From NCBI RefSeq assembly GCF_902652985.1, contig NC_047020.1, forward strand, positions 35,340,001-35,404,000: a stretch of DNA of 64,000 nucleotides, read 5' to 3'. This DNA comes from Pecten maximus (Eukaryota). The notes beneath the pieces were generated by a model, which did no database searches, had not been told where the DNA came from, and saw nothing but the letters and a program-made list of their open reading frames with translations. Positions 51,401-64,000 of this stretch are shown in pieces (the first letter of the stretch is position 1; each line of letters starts with the position of its first letter). A program made the translations under genes and the position numbers.

Positions 51401-54113
51401 ATCTTATCTGAAAGCGTAAACATGTATATGCAAAGTGTATAGATCCACAATGCATTCTCTCATTTAGCTTATCTTATTTACATCATAATGTCAAAAACGG
51501 TATCTATTGCACTGTCCTATTGCTACTACGTGTACTCATTCACAACTGAGTAGGTTTGAATACAACACATGCGTGTGTGAATTATATTTAACACAGTTCG
51601 TGCTATATTCGTTAAATGCAGTGGGTATTTATATGCATAGAAGCCAAAAATAGTGACTTGCATTGTTTGTTAATATATATAGCACCAATAAGATGCACAT
51701 TCAGACTAGAAGTGAGGAATTTCTCAATGAGGAATACTCAAAGGAAAATATGGAGTTTATTGATATCTTAAGAAGTGGTCAAGAAGCAAATACACTTATC
51801 AAAAGACCGACTACAGCTACTGTTATTTACATTTATCGCCCGTTCGTATTCGTGCTCATTTTTGTTCATAGTCCTATGAACCGTGGCGGAGCGCACTAGG
51901 TAGATGCAATGACACTGCAGTGTCAATGTTAAGACATGTATGTGTTTAAATGATGTAAAAGTTAGTGTTCATCACTAACTTCGTCATTTGCTGTCAGCCC
52001 CTTTTCTATAAGGTTGCTGTCCTCTTCACATTTGGTTCGATAAATGATGGTGTTTTCGTTGTATATATTTTGTCCTACAATTTCCGTGCTGCGTTAACCT
52101 TTTGTTGTGTTAGATTGGACCTTTAAGAATAAAAAAGATGATAATCTATACGATATTTGCCGTTGAGAGGAAGCAAAAACCCATAAAACATTCGGGTTCA
52201 AATACATTAAAAGGTATTTTGCCATTTGCATTCTTACTAAATATATGTTTGCTATAATGCTACGTACAAAAGAACAATAGTGTTTATTCATATTGTTTTA
52301 CATTGTATATCACAGTTAGGTCATTAATGACAGTTACTGTTTGAATACTGCTCTCTAGAGGATTATTATATATTGTGATAACACGAAAGTGACATTTCTC
52401 AGGCACATTGGCATGGAAACCAACGCCGACGCGGTCGCCAGGGACCAACATTAGTATTAAGTAAATTGGAGTATCTGAAAATAAATTTTCAAATGGAGGG
52501 AAAAGTACACGAATCTATCCACTATAAAGTGAATTTGCAAAGGGAATTAACTTTAAATTTAGAAGAAAAAACAGCTATTAAGTGCCGATTGTGATAATAC
52601 AGACACTATATACTTGTAGTTGCGCTCTTTATACCTTACCATTGGTATTCAGATCCAAACTGAACATCACAATATTAACATCATTAAGTAAAAATCATTA
52701 TGGTAATAGTAAACTTTCTATATAGCTACGAATATAAATTCGAATTTCTGTTTTATTTTTTATCATTTTCATTCAAAATTTCTTAATGTGACATTAATTA
52801 TAATAGCCCATATCGGTACCAAAAGTAAACATCTATGAAAAGACATTAAATATCTGCATAAATATTTCTTTAACAAGGTACAAACCATATTACGCATGCT
52901 CGCCGACGTGATTTACATTCCAGCGGTATTTCTTGCGACAGTTATAATTAGATCGAATTTGAATCTTGTGAAATTGCCTAATATTACCACCAAACTCTGT
53001 ATGCGAAACAGCAATCATGTTCGGGAGCCATTAGATTTATTTGGCTGTATTTCTAATCTAGGATTAGAGCACACGAACAATTCGTAATACTAACAGTGTT
53101 ATTACGATGTATACGGTCCCCATCCCTGTAGAAATACACTCATTGATTCGACGTCAGAATTCAAACGACTTTACGGTAAATTGCTTAAATAATACAAAGT
53201 GTACTTTCATCATTACTCAACTGCCGATGAAAAGTTTGGAATACAAATTATTTTTGTTAGTAATGTAGCAATAATTGCCCAGCATATTTGTCTTCTAATA
53301 GCTATTAATTCATATATGAAATCTTTTAGCAAAGCGATGTGTATTAATAGTAAAACCGTAATGCTTAAGGATTTTGTTTAAATTTGATTTCAAATTAGCA
53401 GGGATTGATATGCAAATGATTTAATCACTGAATAAAGTGCATTAGATAAGCTGTTAAGTAACCTGATATGAAACAAAATTCACATTTTCTTACTAGTATT
53501 TATATCTCTCAAGCTTGTTTCAAAATTAAAACTAAAACAAAAAACAAAACAAAAACTGAAATACAGGATGTGAAATGAGAAACCAATGTATCTATTATGG
53601 GCCATTTTGTTAAAATAAAAGAGCAAGGGCAGAACCGGTGATTTACTGTATTCGTAATAGGGACTTAGATTTTAACACGTATACCTTTACATGTTCGCGG
53701 GCCTGAAATGACTTACATCATTACAGTCCTGTGGCGTATTTTGTGCTCCACCTTTTTGGCTATATAATATCAATATATTGTTTATGTTGTATATAATATG
53801 AAGATACTGTGTATGTTGTAAATATGTTTAGGCAGCATGGCTGACATTGTTGTTACCATGTCTGCCATGTTATGCGTCATTTAATAAAATGACATTTACT
53901 GGAAACAGTTCTTCTCTGTTGTTTTTGATAGATACTTACGACTCAGTATAGGTAGCCAAAAACATAGCTAAGTCGTGACTTTGATATCGTGATGAAGATT
54001 TAGACATAAATACCTTTACATGTTATCCATTTACCGCCTGATAGGCTGATAGCAATTTAAAATCGCCCTTGACCGACCCCGTCATAAGTAGGCACTCTCT
54101 CATGATCAACGTA

Positions 54114-54325
54114 GGGGCCGTGGTGGTTGAGTTGTTGGTGTTCCCAACACTTTATCACTAGCCCTCCACCTTTGGGTTGCGAGTTCAAAACCCACGAGGT
54201 ACTGACTGTAGGCCGGTGGTTTTTCTGCAGGTACTCCGGCTTTCCTCCACCTCAAAAACCTGGCATGTCCTTAAATGACCCTGGCTGTTAATAGGACGTT
54301 AAACAACATAAACCAAACCAAAATC
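54114..54325 (+). mobile_element. V-SINE (family A), near full length with a small internal deletion
   Basis: Family A head, V-domain and tail; TCAACGT present on both flanks (possible TSD). Confidence 0.88.
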
Positions 54326-55542
54326 TCTCAACGTGAAAATATGATGTACACATCCTTACAAACCAGAGCCAGACAAGCTTGCTTCCCCGTTACATTACTT
54401 TTTTTTCAAATTGAACAAGGATAACAGTATCTTTATATTGTAGTAATTTATTACCAACTTAACATACTCTACGGGGAGTCTAAAACTTCCAACCTTTATC
54501 ATAACGCCGTTATTATTGTAACGTCATAATGGTTGTTGGCTGTTGAAAATGCTGATCCGCCTTTGACGATAACAGTCGGGTTGCAATGTAAGTGTAAATA
54601 TAGTTAACTTCATGCGGTTCTTCCAAGCTCTTTGTTCAGAGTCATTAAGAGAAAGCGTGTGTTAAGAATTATCTATCAAGTATGACGTCTAAATATCTAA
54701 TACAATTTAATTTCTTCTATTGTGTTGACAGTCCAGGAATAATCAAACAAAAGGTACACTTAAAGACTTTCACACATCAAAAGATTCTTTATCACATAAC
54801 TGGCCCGTTCTGCCATGCCATACGGTTTTGTCATAAATATCGTAAGACATGTGTGTAATGATACTATTATGACGTCATAATAAATGTGTAACATCATAAT
54901 AAATATGTGACATTGCATGAATGTCTGAGTAGACGGAGCCGGATTCGACTGTTTTATATAGAAAGGAAAATTGAAAGTGTTTTGTTTATATTCCCATAAA
55001 TATTAGTTTTGTGATATAGTATTTATGTGAGAATATACCGGGTATATCAAATATCAATAATTAAACCGATACACTAAACATGTATTAAGAATGGTACTAC
55101 AGACAAAATAATTAAGGTATTTAAATCTTGTAGTATAGACAATTGTTATCAAAAGCAATCACTTTCTTCTATATAGCATTGCATGTTCCATAAAGTATTT
55201 AGCTAATGCTTAGTACCTCATGAAAAGTACAACTGGTATGCTATTAGTATATATAGTTATTGATTAAATAATATTAATATTAAATAATGATATCGGTGTA
55301 CATTTTCTGTAAGTCTATTGCATGGAATGGTTGGTCGGCGTCCTTCAATTTAATCCAGTAGTGTGCCATTCTGCTGTAACCAGTAAAGACTGTTCAGTGT
55401 GATCACACTATAACTACAGGATCCTTAATGATCTGATCAGTCGTCGAGATTATCCTCATAAGATTTATAAGACCATAGCTATCACGAGAAAGTGAACACT
55501 GAAGAGAAAAAAACAAAAAGATTGTAAGAGGAATACTGCAGA

Positions 55543-56160
55543 CGGGATTGGGGATTATGGTGTTGCGGAACGGGATAGGTATGGTCCTCCTGAGGCGGGA
55601 CGGGATAGGGGTGGTCGTGCTGAGACGGGACGGGATAGAGGTGGTCGTGCTAGGCGAGATGTGATAGGGGTGTCGTGCTGAGTCGGGATGGGATAGGGGT
55701 GGTCGTGCCGAGACGGGACGGGATATGGATGGTCGTGCTGAGGCGGGACGGGAGAGGGGTGTCGTGCTAGGCGGGACGGGATAGGAGTGTCGTGCTAGGC
55801 GGGACGGGAGAGGGGTGTCGTGCTAGGCGAGATGTGATAGGGGTGTCGTGCTGAGTCGGGATGGGATAGGGGTGGTCGTGTTGAGGCGGGACAGCGTTAG
55901 TGTTGCGAGACGGAATGGCGGTGGTTGTGCGGGATGGGATGGTACTGGTGGTGCGAGACGGGATGGGACTGGTCATGCGAGACGGGATGGGGTTGTTCGT
56001 GCTTGACGTGATACTGCTAGTGGTGTGTGACGGGATTTGCTGGTAGTGGGGGACGTGATGGGGTAGTTGTGCGGGACATTATGGGGTTGGTTGTGAGGGT
56101 CGGGATAAGGTTGGTGGTGCGTGACGGGATGGTGCTGGCAGTGCGGGACGGGATTGGAAT
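55543..56160. repeat. G-rich degenerate ~29-30-bp minisatellite (GGGACGGGATAGGGGTGGTCGTGCTGAGGC)
   Basis: Repeated GGGA(C/T)GGGATAGGGG motifs; ~60-bp exact internal duplication (~55646 / ~55818). Confidence 0.88.
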
Positions 56161-56877
56161 GTTCTCGTGTAGCGTGTCATATAAAGACATGTAAATGAGA
56201 TACGATTGATAACTAGAATCATCTTATAATGAGATTCACAGCATTAATTCCACTTGTTTTTCATAAAATTGAAAAAAAATCAAAAAAAAATCAAATATGA
56301 TATTGGTACAAGCCTCAATGATGCGATTATTTTGACGGTAATGTCATAATGCGGAGACAGTGATGGCTAGGGTCTTGTACGATTTGCTTTGAATATTTTG
56401 TTTGCAGAATCAAATCAAATTCCCCCATATTCAAATATCAGTCGCTATTGATTTTAATGCTAAAGTTATAATAATTACTCACAGACGTTTAACTTCCGCT
56501 ACCATCACCCTTGACATGCCATGCCACTAGAGAACGTGTCCTAGTCTTTCGAAGCGAATTTCTCTTAAAATATTAAAACGAAATAAAACAATATCTTAAA
56601 AACAATGTTTCGATTATTTTGAAGTATAGCTTTACACGATTGTTGTTTTCAATTTGATTGGCACTTTCGGTAAAATCAGTGTCCGGAACTTGGGGACTAT
56701 AATAAATTGAAATTATTTAATCAAACCGATATTTTGCCATCTCAATTTATGGTTATTATTTAATATAATCAATCGTAAAAGAAAATAGCTATATCTTTTG
56801 ATAGAATTATTTATCGACCAATTTGATATTGGCATTTTTAAACATGCGTTGTTCAAATCGCCTTCAGCTAGCAGTAA

Positions 56878-57077
56878 GGACCAAGTTGTTCAAAAGGTGA
56901 TCAGGCTAATTCACAATTTAACAACAATTTTAAAATTTGATGAAAGTGTAACACTTGTCAGTCTCTTCCGACCCGCCTATTTTAAGGAATACACACACGC
57001 AGGTTTTAAAGTAATGGAGAAATAAGATTTTCACTACTTAAGTGATTAAGCTAATCTCTTTTTAAACAACTTGGCCC
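56878..57077. mobile_element. ~200-bp MITE (Harbinger-like termini)
   Basis: Imperfect TIRs GGACCAAGTTGTTCAAAAGGTGAT / ATCTCTTTTTAAACAACTTGGCCC. Confidence 0.65.
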
Positions 57078-57314
57078 ATCTATGATGTATGTTATACTGA
57101 CGGTGGGTTATTTTGAGTAATTGATAGAGGTTTACACTTAATTTGAGAAAAGAACCACTGTCAAGTTTGTTTTTCTGTTTTTGATGCTGATTGAGCCCTA
57201 ATCTCAATACAAAAGCCCAAATCGTCCGTGATCCATCTGTCTAATTCTGATCAGAGTTACGTCCCTTCGTTTCACTTTCGCTGGTAAAGCGATAATTAAG
57301 CTTGACAACCTATG

Positions 57315-57390
57315 GGGGCCAAGAATGGCCGATCGGGACCGAGATTGGCCGATGGGGACCGAGATTTGCCGATGAGAGCCGAGAATGGTA
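57315..57390. repeat. 20-bp repeat, ~4 copies (CCGAGATTGGCCGATGGGGA)
   Basis: Direct inspection. Confidence 0.8.
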
Positions 57391-57916
57391 GGGTTGCATG
57401 AATTCACAGTTCATCTAAAGAAATCTTACGTTTCATACTGTCAACGAAATAACTGCGATTTTTACCATGCAATCCATCACAAAACCTCCTTGCGTAGATG
57501 TTTAAGGAACGGAATAAACGGAAATAAAACGGTTTTTATTTTTTGTTAAATGTGGACTGTATCGCACAGGTTACAGGGCAAAATATAACGCATCACAGGT
57601 CGTCTTCTTACGTCCGTCTATCTACCATTAAACGATTATCGTAAATGCCATTTCGCGAAATTTCTTATTGAGTTCCCTTAAATTTATGACTTTTTTTAGA
57701 CTGATCACAATCTAATAGTCAGAAGAGCTAGAAATCCCAGATCTTGAAAGATTAAAGGTTTTTGCTATCTGAAATAACACATTATTTTTTTTTTTACTTT
57801 TTTTGCAATTTGTTCATCTTATATCTGGAACTGTTAGAAACAATACTATCTAAACCGTCCCAGACCGTTGACTCTTCTGATTATGTAAAGCTTCTACTTA
57901 TCGGCAGAATTTTATA

Positions 57917-58207
57917 TACTGCATAGCTGGTTATTTCTGTTGATACGAAATTTCGCAATTTCTTTTAAAAAGCAAGAATAAAATTTTAACGAATTAAAAC
58001 TTTGCGGTCTGGCTTTAAGATAATATCTTATTTTCGCGAATGTTGCACCCGATGTCGAATCAAAAGCTGTTTCACACGTGCAGTTTATTTCGCGGAAAAT
58101 GCTTACCCTTGTCTTAGGATTTCATGGATCAAATTTTCGCGATCAGGCCAATGACCCGCAAAATAGAGAAAATAGCATCGCCGCGAAAATAACCCGACGG
58201 TACAGTA
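57917..58207. mobile_element. ~290-bp MITE with TACTG..TACAGTA termini and multiple TTTTCGCG motifs
   Basis: TACTGCATAGCTGGTTATTT / AAATAACCCGACGGTACAGTA ends. Related remnants ending in TACAGTA occur at ~32150-32311 and ~28570-28659. Confidence 0.6.
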
Positions 58208-61187
58208 TAATGTATGTGTTTATCAGTATGTGCCTAATCAAATGGAAATGATGCATGTTACGTAATCATGTAATCCCTTAATCTGATCTGAACACCTCCT
58301 TATGTGTCTCAAACATAACTTCGGATGAACATTTAAAATTCAAATCTTAAAAAATTATAAATACAAAAGAAGCGATCTCCTGTCAGTAAAAACATTTATT
58401 CTGAATTTGTTTTACGAAAAATATCATATTTTCATTAGAATTTTATCAACCTAAATTTAGAAATTTGAGACGATATCCTGGGGCCAATTACAAACTTGAC
58501 AAGAATACAACATCGACAGCAAATTGTGTAATCATCGAGTGTCTTTTTAAGTGTTGTGCTAGATTGATTTGGAAAAGGTTCTGCATGACAGCGTTCTTCA
58601 ATAATCTGACTCAGCCGACTGTTGTGCTGAAACAAATAACTTCTATCTTCCAACAGGCTGAGTGGCAATCGTCACCAACTCCTCACGGGAACAGATTGGA
58701 TCAATAATGTAAAAGGGGGAGGGGGTTTCTAATTTCACAACCAGGGACCTGTAACCAAAACACAAGTATAATAGTGAAGGATCATTACAACCAAAAAACC
58801 CCGGGGAAGTTTACAACTGGAAGAATGTTCCTAAACCGCAGGATGTCGAATACACATATTCAACGCATTTCGTTTATACAATGATTGATTTTATTGTATT
58901 TCCTGTTGAATACATAATGGGATTATGTCATTAACAAGGAGAAAAATAATTACTTTTAATCAACTCCGTTGACAAAGACGTCTATAAACTCCTCCAGTTG
59001 ATTGTATTAAGTTTGTGCTTCACAAAAATAATGTCTGACTTTAGGATAATGTCATTTTCAGCTGACAAGCGTATTAAATTGAATGCGAAATTCAGACAAT
59101 TTCGTAATCTGCACTAATATTGAAGCAAATATAGTGCACGATATATTACCTGCTGACTACGAAATATTTATCTCTTAAGATAATTTCTATTAAAATCATA
59201 ATAGAGTATTACCAACTTTTGACGTTTCGTTTAAGAAATTATGATATGGACAATCCTCCATCTTATTAAGGAAGCACGTGAATTTTAAACATAAAACAGT
59301 AATATTTCATTCTGATAGCGACATAAAATTCCGGCGTTTGAACAGTGTATATAATCCTTACACCACCGCAGACTTTAACGGTGATGTTTATTGACATGGA
59401 AGCAGTTTGGAAAAGTAATGCACAACGCTGCATATCACTAAACTTATTCTGAATCAACAGTAATTTCAAGAATGAGTGCAGTTTATTAGCATGTCGCTTA
59501 GGTATAATTTAGAGAAATTCTTATTATAGTGTCGCGAATTAAACAAGCATTATTACAAATAGAAATGCTGCCGTTTTTATAATTTTCATACATTCCGGAT
59601 CCGGGACAGGAACAACAAATCAAACATGACTCATTGATACTAGAATCATAATAATAAAAACTGTTGTTTTAAAAGAGAGAAACATATCATATATGACGTC
59701 GTCTCTTACAATAATGACCAGTGACTATACAAGCTAGGGCTATCAACTGACAGGAACTTCAGTGATTCTGTGATGAAGTGGTGACAACATGGCCTATGTG
59801 GTCATCATTATTGCGCGTAATAGGCATAAAAAACACACAGAGAAAAAAACATAAAAGGAAAAAGAAATGAAGAGGAAATTAATTAAATTAATTTAAAAAA
59901 TTGTATTTACGACAATAGATCAATGGCGGACACTCCAATGTCTCCTGTACCGAAGACACGAAAGACAAATCGGTGTCAATCGAGAAAGGTTGGTTTTGTC
60001 CCTTAACAAATACAAACCAAAGTCTGCTAGCTGTTCTCGGTTTGACGATCGACTTTAAAGGAGCGGCTTAGAAGGGTCGGTAAGCCAGTCTTGTGGCAAA
60101 GTGAAGTATCTCGCGTTAGAGTATGACATGTCAGTTTATCACACAATAAAATGGCACCTATATGGTAAATTGAAATGTAGAAATATTTTCCATTAGCCTC
60201 AAGATGTTGATAAAGAAAACCTCAATAAAATGTTTATTTTTTCATATATGTCAATAAACCTACAAGCATTCTGGATTATCCAAATACTTTTTTTTTTACA
60301 TTTCCTTAGACACCCGTTCTCGTGACGTCAGATTTCGCAATGTTTTTTACACTCAAGCGATAGGGAATGTTTTAATCTGATGTGATTAAAGTACAGTTGC
60401 ACCTATTTTAGATAACGGCGGTGTTACTTTTAATATCTGTCATTTTCGCTAACACCATGGGTGTTAACATGGTATCACGGTAAATGTATATATTTAAATT
60501 GCGTCGGCTTTTCAAAGAATAAGGCAGATACGATATTTGGTTATTGCTCAAATATATAGATATCGTTTTTCTCCTACTTTATATATAAATTGCTTAATTC
60601 GAACCATTTTCTTTCCTAGCGCCTTTCCTGACAATGCATGCGTCGCTATCGCCATAGGCTGAATGTTAGATGTTTGCCCCGGAGATGATGGCTTTGCCCC
60701 TTTTACCTACATCATTAAGATATTGTGGGGCGCTTGCTTTTGTTCTGACCGGCAAAGCACTTTACTTCATTTGTTCAAGATTGCTCTCTGAACAATGCCT
60801 TGATCTTGGTTATAGTGCTACTGGTCGTTCGCCTATTGAACAGTGCGGATGATGTTCCCTGACCACGGTAAATCGTCTTTGAAAAAGATTGTTCAGCTTT
60901 AAATTTTACAGTAAGGACTGACTAACCAGTGATCTGGGATAATGTGACCGACCGAGCGGGTCAAAGTACCGTATCAAGGTCATCTCATCGGCATGGCATG
61001 ATGTTAGCTGTCATATGATCTTTTGGCAAGACGTTAATACTTCAAACAATTGATGTTACCGTTTTTAAGATGAGGACGGAAACAACAAGTAAGAGGGCTG
61101 TATAAGATAACGTGTTGAGAAATTACCATTGGAAGGATAAGCAACCAAACTGTATGAGTTAATCTGGAGAAGCGTGTCTAAAATTTG

Positions 61188-61353
61188 GCGTACTGGAATT
61201 CACGCCATTGAGCAAAATATTCTTATTTGAAAACCCTTGCAGAAGTAAACAGAAAATAGCATGACTAAAAGTTCGTCGTACTGGAATCAACACCATTTAG
61301 CAAAATGTCCATTTTTGAAAACCTTGCGGAAGTAAACAGAACATAGCATGACT
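61188..61353. repeat. Diverged direct duplication (~78 bp, period ~88)
   Basis: CGTACTGGAAT...GAAGTAAACAGAA.ATAGCATGACT occurs twice. Confidence 0.8.
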
Positions 61354-64000
61354 TTTAATGCTTGTGTCAGAGGTGTCAAATGAGATGGAAAACCACGCAA
61401 ATTAAGTCTGATTTGATTATAAGGGTGGTAATTGAAGTTGCCTCTTCCTTTGCCCAGTTATGTCTGAGTGGTCAACCTAGAGTTCGCGTGAAGACAGATG
61501 TCCAGTACTAATTAATACCATCAAATATACTGAATTGATTGGCGTTCTCAACATAACCCTCTGACCAAAGTAAACATGCTGCAATCTATCAGCGCGAGTC
61601 CTTCAACGTAGTTGTCATATTATATTGAAAGTGGCAAAGTGAATTGCCAGAAAGCCAACATAGTTTGTATTTAATTTCCTGACCGATAATAATCTCGCGT
61701 AACTCCAGGGGGCATAGATGTTTTGATGTTTTCGTGAATCAGATTGATATAGATTGCAAAGAATTTTAAGTAAGAATAGCAATCAACGTTTCTTATTTGG
61801 TTGTGCCATTTTGAGACATAAGCAAAAAAACGTACATTTCCTATTGAACAAAACGGAAATTCAACTGATAAATACACAATTGCCTAAGAAATGGCTAATT
61901 TGAAAGAAACTCCATCAAAATAAGTTCATTTTGTAAAATATGCCAAATAAACTACTTTATTTTTTTCGAAACTCGTTACTGTTTATAGATAAATCCTTTG
62001 AATTATTTCCACTTTGATATAACGTGAGTATACGTATGGATATTAAAAAATGAAGCTTTTCGTGTAAGTTATTCTATTTTATTGAGCCTATGTGCGCCAT
62101 AAAGAAAACGGATTAATAAATGAAAAAAATATGGTTGGCAAAAAGTGATGTACGCTTTATTATACATTGTAAACACATTGATTTGTAAACAGTCAACCAC
62201 CACCATTGCTTCTCCTCCCTCTTCCGATCCACTCTTTGTCGTCCAAGTAGGGGACCGGCTTACGTGATAGTTATGTATACAAGATATAAAACTACTTCGG
62301 CGTTCCGTAAGTTGTATTGACGTTTGAAATGGATCTAAATACAGGATTGTTGATACAAAGACGGATCGTGGATTACACCCAATGACCCTATTTACGTCCC
62401 CGTGGACCCAGGGCACTTCTAATTGGACATCTTTCAAGTAAGACCACATCTCTGGTGGAATCGAGTTCGTGCCAAAGGATGATAAATCATATGTCTGCAT
62501 CTTAGGACAGCAAGGCATGGCGGTAGAATCTGTCGCCACCCGTCATAGAGATCACGGCAAACCGGAACAGCTTTGTTGTCATTACGACATAGGCCTCGGT
62601 CTCATGGTTATGTTTTACGAGAACAGTAGTTTTATGTCTAAGTCACGTGACTTAAGCATCCGCAAAATGTATTGTCAGTTTGTGTGGAAGGTATTCGGAC
62701 CGATATGACGTCACACGTTGTTTTTCATTACTAAATGTATACTATCCGGATATTCAGCAGAACTGGACTTAGCCGCAATGTTGGTCAAAGAACTTACAGC
62801 ACTAAACAAAAACTTGTATTTTCACATGACCTTCGAGAAAATGTATCTATGAAATCGAAGATGCATAATATAAGTCTCTAAACTAATGTGATGTTGACCG
62901 GCCTTGCCCGGTCCAACACGACATGATGACGGCGCCACTGGGTCCCGGCCAAGTCCCATCCGATACCAATCTCCAGACGGGATAATGTTTACCGCAGTTC
63001 TGGACTTCAGCGCGCAGTTTATTTATTGATCAGTCAAGTCTTTTTTCACACAGCAATGTTCAACATGCTCAAAAAACAAGCACATGTGTGCCCTATAAAT
63101 CCCTAAATATATTCCTCATCATGTTATATTTAAAACTGTACTCCCGAAACAATAGGATTTATTTTAGCCGCTTTACATATACAACACAATATACAACATA
63201 TTCGTATCGGTCAATGTTTTGGTAAAAAAGAATGAGACGCTACATGTACTTTTTAAAGGAAAGCTTGGCTGTATTACAAATTATGGTTATTTCAAATAAT
63301 CCTTTTTAATTCGATTGACGATTCCGCATCCTATCTCAAACTGTATTGATGATTTTTTTTTTCGTTTTTTTTCTTGTGTGTGTGTATTTCATAACTGAGA
63401 ATATCTGTTCGAAATTAAATACAACCTATTCCTTGTTTCATTAATTATTTAGTATTGGTTTTCTGTTAAAATGATTGTACAGAAGACATGAAGGATATTT
63501 GCGGCTTAAAAAACAACATTCGGCAATCAACAAAGTAATTTTAACAAATTGACATTCTGAAGATAACAAGTTTGGTATTTTGAAATTGGGACCTGTTAAA
63601 AAATAAACTCCTCTCATTTTGTCAGAAAAACTCGGCACGCTTTGATATGCATTTTATGCATGTATACTTATTTGTGATTAGTCATCTGTCTGAAGGTGTG
63701 AGTGACGGTTCCAGACCAGGGTCTCTTATCTACGTGTTGAGACACATGACACGGAAATACATAACAAAACTTATAGGGCTGCACGACCCACTTCAGTATT
63801 CTACTGGGAACTTACACAGAATTGTAAAATATCACATTTTTGTTCTTTTTGTCGAAGGCGTTGGCTCATCAGTAGAACGTGTCATAGTGACCATTTCCAG
63901 CGTTGCTATATACCATAAAGAATCCCAATAGGACATTTTCTGGCGGCTATCTGACGTGGCAAGGCCTTGCCCCTGGAGCTGTCGCTCCTCACTTTGGCTA

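Noticed and set aside
63835-64000. Minus frame with SYWDSLWYIATL resembling a K+ channel pore helix
   Set aside because: Lacks the TxGYG selectivity filter and terminates shortly after.

Overview
AT-rich, gene-poor eukaryotic (animal) DNA. The SINE types (V-, Meta- and CORE-domain tRNA-SINEs) and a Helentron-associated element suggest a bivalve mollusc, probably a scallop (inference). Roughly a fifth of the window is tandem repeat (33/36-bp, 49-bp, 41-bp, 35-bp, 16/13-bp, 50-bp, 23-bp, 39-bp and ~30-bp arrays), and these explain nearly all long ORFs in the track. Dispersed repeats include five copies of a V-SINE, Meta-type and CORE-type SINE remnants, a 5'-truncated I/Nimb-like LINE 3' end inserted into a satellite, a 1.2-kb TIR element with a 5-bp TSD, a Helentron-associated (HINE-like) element and small MITEs. 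The only well-supported host-gene signal is a signal-peptide exon at 37627-37687 (+) with a promoter-like region upstream; its downstream exons are not confidently identifiable. The best 'system-level' observation is that the LINE 3' tail and the tails of two different SINE families share a conserved loop, and the LINE and V-SINE stems differ by compensatory substitutions, pointing to a SINE-LINE mobilisation partnership visible within one window. No prokaryotic operon, CRISPR array, rRNA or intact tRNA gene was found.
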